NCBI RefSeq assembly: GCF_009914755.1
Contig: NC_060930.1
Length of the DNA: 64,000 bases
Strand: one strand, 5' to 3'
Source: the human T2T-CHM13v2.0 reference genome, Homo sapiens
The position numbers and the translations under genes are program-made. This document shows positions 29,425 to 40,794 of the stretch, in pieces. Each line of letters starts with the position of its first letter. The stretch's first letter is position 1. The notes under the pieces are model-generated. The model was given only the letters and a program-made list of their open reading frames with translations, did not search any database and was not told where the DNA came from.

Positions 29425-29916
29425 CTGCATCTCCACTTTGCTCACTGAGGGTTTTTCTTCCTTGCTCACTGAGGGTTTTTCTTCCTTGACTTCAACTTTA
29501 ATCTCTTGTTTCTTCTGAGCCATTTCTTCAGCATCACCCTTAGCCTGTCTCTGTTCTTCTGGAAGGGGTTCCTCTTTATCTAAGACCTGTTCTTCAACAA
29601 CAGCTTGGGTAGGCTCTTTTTTATCTCCTCCATCTTTGGCCACTACTAAGGTATATGACTTTTGCTTCTTAAGCCATGGCGGTATGAACCGAGAAATACC
29701 CCTGCTCTCCGATGTTTCCTTCTCTCTCTTCTGGCGGCGTAGACTACTTTGGCTTTCAGCTGCAGGAGGTGGCTGGGAACCTTTTTCCTCCTCTGGATCG
29801 GAAGACTGATTCTGCTGATTTTCTGCTACTTCTTTAGGTTTTTCCTTGGTTGCATCTGTTCCTAACTGGCTAGAGTCCTTCTTCACTTCAGACACAGAGC
29901 CTACTTCAGTAGTCAT
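29425..29916 (-). CDS. EPB41L2: EPB41L2 first coding exon, aa 1-164 (headpiece); whole exon is 29930-29425 including a 14-nt 5'UTR
   Basis: Minus strand: acceptor ttttgattacag|CATAAGCTGTGGCC ATG ACT (G at -3), 492 nt = 164 codons, donor ATGCAG|gtatgt, phase 0. Confidence 0.97.
29438..29488. repeat. Perfect in-frame 24-bp exonic tandem duplication (KEEKPSVS x2)
   Basis: ttgctcactgagggtttttcttcc at 29438-29461 and 29462-29485. Confidence 0.97.
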
Positions 29917-30949
29917 GGCCACAGCTTATGCTGTAATCAAAACAAAAATCATAAAATGTCATTTTGTAAGTTCTCTCAAATTTAGTTTGGTTGCGAGGGG
30001 CATGGTAAGGAAAGATGAGAAGAAGAGTAACAGATGACAGGGAGAAAGCACATCAAGAAAGAAGATTCAAAAGCACAAGACAAAATGGAGACTGTTGCTC
30101 GAACTTTTAGAATTCTCTATCAGCATCACAGACCCAAAACTAGCATCACAATAGAACTCTGTGTGTTCTGAGTTCCATATAGCTAGAACTTAAAATCATC
30201 AAGAACTCAAGAAACAGGGATTACTTTTATTTGGTTTCAACTTGTTATAAACAATAATTGATATCTAAAATCCAAGTTTTTTAAGAAAAATTACTTTTAT
30301 CTGTACTTGGTATTCTTTATTCTGTAACAGGAAGATGTTATCAACAGTGCTAGAAAGCAATGAGACACATTTCACTACAATTTCATACATTAAACCCAAA
30401 ATCTATCAAAATGTTAGGTATTAGAAAAAACAGTTTTAAGTGTATGGTGTGTAACAGCCAAGAAGGTAAAATAACAAAAATGTATTATTCTGTGTTCCAA
30501 TATTAAATCCCGTAATTCACCATCACTGTTCCAATGCAAAAGTTAATCTTGGAAAAGGTACTCAAATTCTAATCAAAACTCCGAACCTCCATCCCACCCA
30601 ACCATAATCACACTTTTCTTTCTATATATAAGAAAAATATTTAAGGGCCATAATCCAAACCAAATGAGGACATTATGAGGTGGAAAAAATGCATCTGACG
30701 ATTGTTCTTATCATAACTAATTAGAACAAAATTTAAATAAATTCTGAAAATAACTAAATTTTACATAAGCAAAGAGGGACTTTTAAAGTGTTACAGCACG
30801 CTGACATAAAGAACAACAGGCGGGGCCTGCGGAGATAGCCGATCACATTCGCTCTCCCCTCCCTTGCCAATAATAAGTGCCCAGAGTCCTGGCACCCTGG
30901 ACAACGAGTAGTGTCCCAGCTATCTTCAAAGGTGGTAAAAACTTAAGAG

Positions 30950-31075
30950 ACGGACATGGTTATTCCTGTAGTCACAGCTACTTGGGAGTCTGAGACAAGA
31001 AACATGCTTGAGCCCAGGAGTCTGAGGCCAGCCTGAGAAACAGAGTGAGACCCCATCTCTTAAAAAAAAAAAAAA
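30950..31075 (+). mobile_element. Free Alu monomer (FLAM-like)
   Basis: Single Alu arm with polyA. Confidence 0.8.
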
Positions 31076-31134
31076 TTGTGTTAACTTTTTAAGTGGTACA
31101 AACTTGAATAAGTCAAAAAAAAAAGTACACTTGT

Positions 31135-31410
31135 TTTAAAGCTTTATTAAGATATAATTCATGTACCATAAATTTCACCCTCTTAAAGTATACAGTTAGT
31201 GATTTTGAGTATACTCACAAAGTGGTACAACCACCACCACTAATTCTAGAGCATTTTCATCACTCCAAAAAGAAATCCTGTGCCCATTAGTAGTCACTCT
31301 GCATTCCCCGTCGCCCCCTGGCAACCTTACGAATATATCCAAAACCACTGGATTGTATACTTTAAAAGGGTGAATTTTGTGATATGTAAATTTTCTCAAT
31401 AAAAATAACT
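31135..31410. mobile_element. Two L1MB-type 3' ends in opposite orientation
   Basis: tttcaccctcttaaagtatacag versus ttgtatactttaaaagggtgaa. Confidence 0.75.
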
Positions 31411-31600
31411 TAAAAATGTTTTTCACATCTAATATGCAACCACAAAAACAGTCAAGTCAATTCACCTATATAATGGCTTCTACGATGTGGTAAGTTCATG
31501 GGCACATGAATAAAGACAACCTTTGAGGAGCTAAGGGAGTGAGGGCTACAAATAAGCATACATTAAGTCAATAGCATGTTGCACAAAAAACACAGGACTA

Positions 31601-31921
31601 GGCCAGGTGCAGTGGCTCATGCCTGTAATCCCAGCACTTTGGGAGGTCGAGGAGGGTGGACCACTTGAGGTCAGGAGTTCGAGACCATCCTGGCCAACAT
31701 GGCGAAACCCCATCTCTACTAAAAATACAAAACTTAGCTGAGCGTGGTGGCACGTCTCTGTAATCCCAGCTACTCGGAAGGCTGAGGCAAGAGAATAGCT
31801 TGAACTCAGGAGGCAGAGGTTGCAGTGAGCCGAGATTGTGTCACTGCACTCCAGTCTAGGCGACAAAACAAGACCCTGTCTCAAAACAACAACAACAACA
31901 AAAAAAAAAAAAAAAAAAAAA
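31601..31921 (+). mobile_element. Alu (AluSx/Sz-like)
   Basis: Full-length, (AAC)n + polyA tail. Confidence 0.93.
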
Positions 31922-31929
31922 GCAAAGGA

Positions 31930-32990
31930 CTTAAGCCAGGTTAGGAGAAGAAGAGGGTCACCAGGCAGGCGTTTCTGCAGAAGTTGACATTTGAGTTTAT
32001 TTTTTAAATGGGTACTCATTATTCAGACAAAATAGCCAGAATGGAAGGTATGTGTCAGGCATAGGGAGTTGTGTGGAAACATGAGAACATTCCTCATAAA
32101 AAAGGAAACCACAGGCACAGAACAATAATCCACTGTACAAGTGAAGTGGGGGCTTATGAGTGAAGACAGGACAGGCGGAAGCTGAACTGGTAATAATGAA
32201 GTAAGAAAGGAAGGCAGAAGCCAAAACATAAAAGATTTTGTGTTATTTTAAAGGCAATGTGGGGGTTATTTGAAAAGCAATGAGAAGTTACATAAGTACT
32301 TGAAGTAGAGGAGAAATGTAATAAGATTCTCATTTCACTTAGCGCAACCTGGCTGTAAAGCACAGGATGAAAGAAAAGACTGAAGCAGAAAGACATCCAG
32401 GAGATTGGGTTGATCTGATCTCTGGTTGATCCAGACCTGAGAAGACGATGGTCTATATATACTACAGCAGAAACAGTAGGGTAAAGAACAAGAAATTAAT
32501 CTAATGGTAAAGAGGTAGAGTGGATATGACTTGATGTCCGGGCTGAATATAGAAAGTCAAAGAGAGGAAAGAGCTAAGGAAAAGGCCCAGGTCAAGGAAG
32601 ACTAGGGTGATGGTAGAACCATTCATGGAAATGGGGAACACCTGTAAAAGTGGGTCTGGCTGACACATATAATTCAATTTTGAATTCATTGTGATTGAGA
32701 GGTTGTGGAGATGTCTAGATGACCCCAAGACACACAGGTTTTGATTGGAGACTAGATACACACTAGAGATAGGGTTTGGATGTTGTCATCACATGGGGAT
32801 ACATCACCTAGAGAAAAAGGGTAGCTTAAACTGAGAGGATCCTTAAAAGAGCTCTTATCACCATCAACATATAAGGTGAGGCAGAAGAAAAGGCATGAGG
32901 GCCAGAAGAAATATGTAGTGAGGCAGGGAGATCAGGAGACAGTAATATCCTTGACAGCAATGCTACGTAAGAGGGAATAGTTAACTATTA
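31930..32990 (-). mobile_element. L2 LINE remnant
   Basis: Purine-rich degenerate sequence resembling antisense L2. Confidence 0.55.
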
Positions 32991-35900
32991 TACCCACATA
33001 TTCTTTGCTGCTTCTCATTCTCAGGCATCTGAAATTCAAAAGTATGTCTTCCAGCAAGACCCGAGGACAGGTAAACTGGCTCCATATTGCACAGAAAACC
33101 TTTTTTCCTTCTTTAACATACCATTTCCCATGTACTATTTAAGTGGACAATATTATTTACTTTAATCATGAAATAACCAAAGTGTATTTCTAGTATATGC
33201 TCTCTAATTACATTCTGAGAGCTGAATAAATGTCCTGGTAAAATTAAAACCAAAATGCCCCATACTTGTCTAAGCTAACCAAGATAAATTGGCAGCTCTC
33301 TAATTACTTTGGCTGTGAGAAATAGTCTGGGAACCAATCAACTAAGGCTGATTTTTGGCCAAAATATTTTAGAAGCAGTGAAATATAAAACTTGAGTTTC
33401 CACTATTATGTTAAAAGCATTAATAGTTGTTTATATTTTAATCATAAGGGTTTCCACTCACTGTTTACTGTCTGACACAGTGCCCATAATCTGTTTCTCA
33501 AAATATTCTACAAAGTATGTATTATCCCTGTTTTACAAATAATAAACAGTAGTCACTTATCCAAAGCCACTAATGGAGAACCACACAGCTGTGTATACCT
33601 TCCCTCACACACACTTCATAATGCAATCACAGCTCCATTATGCACGAATGACCTACTCAACCACAGAGTCCTTGGCCTAGTACTCAAAGAAGGTTCCTGC
33701 CAGTTAGTGAAAATGACTATGAAATAACATAAATGTATTCTCAGATTTATTCAAAATATTCTCTCTTAAAAGTAAGAAATTTATAGATGAATTTAAATAA
33801 CAAAGAAAATCCCATTTGTACGTTATTGCTTGACCATGTAATCATAACTGAGCTGGTTGACAGACACTGAAGACAAAGTACAAATACAGACAGGAAGAGC
33901 ACCGACAAAACCATATGGTTAAGCCTCACGAAGTCATCCTCAATCACCACTGTATTCACAACACCCATAAGGGTTAAGAGCCTCAAAAGTGATGATCAGT
34001 GTCACCCATCCAAATGGAAGTTACAAGACAGAAAACAATGGAAAAGACTAATTGGATCATTACTCAACATATTCTTGAAACAGTTTCAAGAGTTCAACAG
34101 AGCTCAAAACAAAACACTACCTTCTTTGTTGATAAAATGGCTTCTTGAACAAATTACCACCATCAAGAAAACATGATTACAGTACATCCACTCACCCTAA
34201 TTATCATGCCTATAACCCTGAGTTTCTTTCATATGTGGATAAGCCTTTAAACTCTATCACCCATGAAAATGAGAACTCTTGTAGTGGAATGCTGACATTC
34301 CCACTAAAATGAAAACTCCATGAGGGCTGGGATCTCTCTTTTATATACTGCTATGTTCCCAGCATCTAGACTGGCACATAATAGGTACCTATTAAGTACT
34401 TACTAAATGAGTATTGTTCAATCATCTAGTCTAATATCCTCACTTTATTTTATCAACAACCAAACTGAGGATCAGAAAGACCAGGAGATTTGCCTGAGAT
34501 GGTAAAGTCAGATGGGCAAGCCAAAACTGGAACTAAGGTTTCCCAAACTCTGGCAATGCTCATTGACTAATATTTAATTACAATTACCCAAAATCCATCA
34601 TTAGTATAGTTATATAATACATTAAGTAATGATCTTTCTACTTATCATCAACTAAAAAGAACACTGCTGTGAACAGCCCGCCCATTAGACAAGCATGTGG
34701 TTTTGACACAATTACCATGTTGGCATGCTCCATCTGGGTTGATAAAAGTGTTCGTCATTGTGACAGCTTCATGAGAAAAAGCATGCATCATTTAACATGC
34801 AATGAAGCAGAAAACCATCATCAATAGAGGATCAGTACTGGTTAGGTAAGGAGCTGTGTTACATAAACCCATTCTTTTTTTTCCAACGTTTAAAAAAGGA
34901 GGTAAATTCTAATGTGCTATCTCTATCACTAGGCTGAACTGCCAACCATATAACATCATGCTACTTAAAACATTGGCCCTTAATCAGAATACTACAGCAA
35001 GCAAAGCAAAGCAGATACACAACCTCACAAACACACAAACAACTTCAAGCAAGGGGTTCATGCTAATTCTTGGGTTCAGATGTTTCCTTAAAACATTGAG
35101 GAAACTGGGACCTTACTGTTAACAAAACCCCTGAGCAGGGAACAGGGTAGGTGCTGCTGCCAGCTGAGTAGCTCCCATTCTTTGCTGAGATCACAAGCAA
35201 TATGAGAGTCTTTAATTTCTACCAAGAGAGCTCAACCCATTTTGTAAGGATCCAAGATTCACAAAATGGGAAGGTATGTATTTCTAAGCTTCAAAAATGG
35301 TAGCAAGAGGATGGAGGGAGGCTTTCATTTGAGCTTTGAGAAAACAACAAAACTTTGCAACAAATAACCATTGAACTTAAAACATATTGGCAATGTGTAG
35401 ACAGTTCTGGCCATTTTCTACATCGGATAAAACTAGTTTTCATCTGCTTGTGGGTAGAGGATATGTAGAGCATCCTGCTGATACCCACAATCACGTGCTT
35501 GTATGTTCACCTCCCCGAAGGGCCTATAGCTATTGAAAGAGAAGGTCTTTTAATAATGCACTATTTGATGCCATCAAACGTGAGGGAAAAAAAACAAATG
35601 TAGAAATGATTCAGCAGCCACCTAACTCTACTTGGGAAATAAAGAGGTGATGCTTCTCAAATATATTCATCATTTAAAAGGAGAAGGGGAAGAGGCAGGA
35701 GAGGTGGGGCAGAGGGGAAGGAGGAAGTGGGGTGGGAAGGGGAACAAGGAAGAAGAAATATCTGGAGAGGAAGAAGGAATAACAAAAACAGGCAGACTTA
35801 GAGCAGAGTGCAAGTAAGTCCTTACCCTCACAGGTTTATGTTTCTTAAGTGTCAGATGGTCTAGAAAATACCATACTTCATATTCAAGTAAGTATAAATA

Positions 35901-36149
35901 CATTCCAAAGGGACTATTTGTTAGTTCATATTATCTATATGGGGAGGATGAACAAGTAATCCAATGCTGCTCACCCTAGTTACCTTTATAACCCACTATA
36001 TCACTTGTTTATTTATTTTTAAAAGGATAAGGGACCTATTAGACAGAGCTATTACTATAAAGATGTAAACTAATATCCGGTTTAAATTAAACCCACACAT
36101 ACAAAACATATGAACTACAATCTTCCCTAGTTCAAGTCTAGATGGGATC

Positions 36150-36665
36150 AGGTGACATTCAGATATATTTCTTCCACTCTTTCTCCTTTTTAATAGAACC
36201 TAAATTTTGTTCCACTTTCCCCCCTTCCACATGTGTTTCAATAGAGGCTAGCTCCAGATTGGCCTCAAGGGTAGCTTCTATTGGTCTAGGGCAATCATGG
36301 TAGTCTCCCACCCCTTGGCAAGAAAATATGCACGAAGTCCACTGGTGGGCTTCTGGAAAAGGATCTCTCCCTCTAAAAAGAGCCAGAGGAAGAGGAGGCC
36401 CCTTCTGCTGTCTCTGAACATTGTATACATAACTCTGTTAAATGCTGTTGTCATCTTGAATCCACAGAGAAGAAAAAGCCTGATGACACACTGACACACA
36501 ACAAAGGACACTGGCAAGAGAATCACAGAGAAGAGGACCAGCTTCCTTGATCGCGCCACACATGGCCCAGTCCTGTGCTGGAGCTTCCTGTTTGTGAAAT
36601 CACATACTCCTCTCTGGCTCAATGAGCCAGGGATTCAGTTACTTGTAGTCAAAAACATCTTGATG
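36150..36665 (+). mobile_element. Old MaLR LTR (MLT1J/K-like)
   Basis: ggcttctggaaaag...gtcatcttg...gttacttgtagtcaaaaacatc motifs. Confidence 0.55.
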
Positions 36666-37425
36666 TTGACTTCTGCATATTCTGAGGAGAGCATTAGAAA
36701 ATAAGGATTAAGAAACTGAGAGTACATATAGATCTTGGGTCATTATTACTCCCACTGCATTTTACAACCCTCATAACTAAGAGCTATGGTTGTCAAAGTA
36801 TTCCATTTTTTCCAAATGATGTTCAATTTTTAAAAACCTAATACTTGAGTTAATATTAGTGAGATAAATCACTAATTCTTTACTCTAACAACTCTAAATA
36901 AGAATGAAACCAAAAAAAATCTTACTTTATCAACATATGAGTCCCTTTCTTCATATGTTGGAGACAGGGGTATATGAAAACTAAGGCATAATTTTCAATA
37001 ACATCCAGTTGCAATAACAATCAAGGTAACAATCTTCTTTGTTGAAAGAAAGCCCCTACTGCTGTCACTAAGGATGGAGACAAGAAAAAGACCTGTGCCA
37101 GGCAAAGCATTCTCCACCAGCAACTAAGGCAATCTTGGAAATAGATACGATTTCCTGAAGTTAAAGCTAAACAACCAGAGGCCATATATAAATCATGAAG
37201 GACTCTAATATTGGGTATTTTTATTCACATAACCATAATGCATATAAACCTTGTAATACTGGCAATCCAACAACACACACTAGCAGAGATTATCTAGAGA
37301 CATCCAGAACCCTGCTGAGTTCTCATCAATCAATTATGCACACTGAGTTGTATGGTCAGAAATCTTGGTGAACTGCATCTGCTCTAATTCCTTCTCTCAG
37401 GTAGAGGCCCAATTCTGTGTAATAA

Positions 37426-37774
<349 letters not shown>

Positions 37775-39362
37775 TGAGAAGTTACCTATGTCTGAATAAA
37801 ATAGCCTGGTGGCTTGGAGATGAAGACTGTGAAATAAAACAGGATTAGAATTTCAGCTCTGCTTATTAGCCATGTAACCGCAGACAAGTTATTTTAGCCT
37901 TGCTGAGTTTCAGCTTCCTCATAAGCAAAAAAAAAAAAAGGATACAAAATGTACTCACTGGTTGATTCTAAGCATTAGATTAGATGCTATAATACATAAA
38001 GTGCCTGGCACATAATAAATTCATAATAAATGATCAGCTACTGTCATCACATAGAGATTCTGCCAAGAAAATAACTATATTTGTTTACTAAAATAATAAT
38101 AATAATAATAATGGTAGTAATAACAGTAATCACAACAGAAATAATCATGATAATATCAGCTATTTGTTAAACACTGCTCTAGAAACATGGCATGCAGCAA
38201 CTCGAACCTTCTCAACTCTTCTAGGAAGGAACTGAAATTATTCTCATGTTACAGATGAAGAAGGTAAAAAGAGGATAGATGGGTTGGTCAAAGCCATATA
38301 ACCAATAAAGAGAAGTGCCAGAATTCAAACCCAGGCCGTCCAGCTCTAAAGACCTTGTACAACACTGCCTTCAATCCCAAAACGACTTCACTACTATATA
38401 ACTTGCACCTAGCATGATGCCCGACAGTTAATGATTTGCTGAAAAGTGAAACTGATAATTACCACTACCTTTTGGGGCTTTATAATCATTAGCAGCATGT
38501 TCTAATGGAGCACCCCTCATGAATTTTAGTGACCATCAGGATGTGAGTGGGGTCAGTATCTTATCCCCTTCTTTCAAGACAAGTGTTTATTGAGTACTCT
38601 CAAAGCATATGCACCAGGCACCAGTAATACAGATGAAAGAATCCTGCTCTCAGTATAGTGGGAGACATAGGTAATAAGATTAGCATTCATAGTCAAACAA
38701 CTTGTAACCAATTCATAAATCTTGGTAATTTAGATTTAAAAATTACTACTAGTTTGAAAAGCAGCCACGATTTTCTTGTTATCTCTTCAGGAAATCACAC
38801 AATGAATGGTCCTTCATAGGAAATACTGGTTAAACACTCATAACATACAAAATAGTCATTACATGATTTTTGGAGAGGACTAATTCTCCTTCTCAATTTT
38901 ATTTGGTCTCTATCTGAATTCAAGTAACTTGAATAAAAAAGCCCAATAAAACAAGTCTGGTGTAAGTTGCCTCAACATCAAAAAAATAAAAAACAAATTT
39001 TATTTTTAAATTTTTGGCTAGGCCAATTTAAATCATCGGTCCAATGGTGGGGAAAGTGGCCAATGGATAAACAGTTATCAAAAAAAAAAAAAAGAAAGAA
39101 AGAAACACAAGTGGCACATAAACATATGAAGAGGTACTTGTCACACTCTTAGTAAAAGAAATGAAACTAAAAATTCAGAATGGAGACATCCAAAAGTTTA
39201 ATCATGCACTCATTGAGCAAGACTATGGGAATGCAGGCATTCTCAAACAATTGCTAGCAGAAGAATAAACTGGTATGGGCCCAGTGGAAGTCAATTTGCC
39301 AATAGCTTTCAAAATTCCAAATGTGTCCACACTTTAAACTAGTAATCCTGCTTGTGGTAATG

Positions 39363-39584
39363 CAGGGGTGTCCAATCTTGTGGCTTCCCTGGGCCACAAT
39401 GGAAGAAGAAGAATGTCTTGGGCCACACATAAAATACACTAACAATAGCTGATGAGCTTTAAAAAAAAAAATTGCAAAAAAAAATCTAATAATGATCTAA
39501 GAAAGTTTACAAATTTGTGTTGGGCAGGATTCAAAGCTTTCCTGGGCCTCCTGCGGCCTGCAGGCCACAGGTTGGACAAGCTTG
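39363..39584. mobile_element. MER30 (hAT-Charlie MITE) inside an old L1 remnant
   Basis: caggggtgtccaatc...ggttggacaagcttg, 8-bp TSD tggtaa(t/g)g. Confidence 0.88.
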
Positions 39585-40520
39585 TGGTAAGGTATCCTAC
39601 AGATATATCTGTGCATATGTAAAATAATTATGTAAAGGTGACTCACTACAACACTGTAAAAGCTCAGGATCCATGTCCATCAACAGGGGGTCTTATACCA
39701 CACATTCATACAACAAAATACTATGCAACTGTAAAGAGAAAAGATGAGAAAGGCTGCCGCCCCACTTGGGATAATAACTCCAATTATTAAGTACATTGTT
39801 AAGTACAAACAGCAAGATTCAGACGGTATAAGTGATAGGTCACTTTATATGGATAGGATACCTTATACAGACATCACATCTTATAGGTTGAAAGCAAAGC
39901 GTGTGGGAGATACACAAATAAAGGATGCGAATATGCATATGTGAATATGCACACACACACACACATTTTCCTTTAAATGAGTAAAGAAACTGGGGAAGAA
40001 TGCAAGAGAGTAACAACAGTGATTATGGGGAATGGAGGGTGGTGCTGGGTAGATGACTGCCGAGGTACAGATATGGGAGACAATGTTTTTAATGAACAGA
40101 AGTTTTCATAAACTTAAACACTTAAGTACTTTACTAGGAGAACAATATTTATGCATTAAGTGAACCCAGCTTGGTTAGCCAGCTTCCTTGGAGACAACAC
40201 GTGCCAATATGACTCCCACAAGCCACGATGCCAATTTGCCTTGTCACACAGCTCTAGCCACACAAATGAACATCGACTCCAGCTCAGCAGTAGCATTAAG
40301 ATGGCCTAAGCTTTGGATTTCCTAGCGTATGAAGGTTAAGACTGTTTCTATATCCTCAAAGAATCTGATTTCTGCCAGCCTTCACTTCAGTATATTTCAC
40401 AAACCCACCACTTACCCCCAATCTAGATTGTTCCCCTAAGTAGTTTAAGCTCAACACCCAAGCTTTTAGTGCAGCAACATTTTTTTTAAGAAGTGTATCA
40501 GTTCTTCATTTAAAAAAATA

Positions 40521-40794
40521 CAGTTGTCCCTCAGTATCTGTGGGGGATTGGTCCACAGATACCCAAATCCACACATACTCAAGTCCTGCTGTCAGCCTTA
40601 CCGAACCTGTGGACAGGAAAAGTCAGCCATCTATATCCAAGTTTAGCACCCTACAAACACAGTTATTTTCAACCTGAATTTGGTTGCAGATACAGAAGTT
40701 GCCTATATGGAGGGCTGATTAGATTTACTGAAAAAAAAACTCACATATAAGTGGACCTATGCAGTGTGGGCTCATGTTGTTCAAGAGTCAATTA
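40521..40794. mobile_element. MER8/Tigger2b-type element
   Basis: cagttgtccctcagtatc...gttgttcaagagtcaat termini. Confidence 0.75.

Noticed and set aside
29917-29922. GTG start giving MAMTTEV in the ORF track
   Set aside because: The ATG at 29916 has good context and matches the known N-terminus; the extension is an ORF-caller artefact.
36931-36960. Perfect 10-bp hairpin caacatatga / tcatatgttg
   Set aside because: Too short for a miRNA precursor, AT-rich, plausible by chance.
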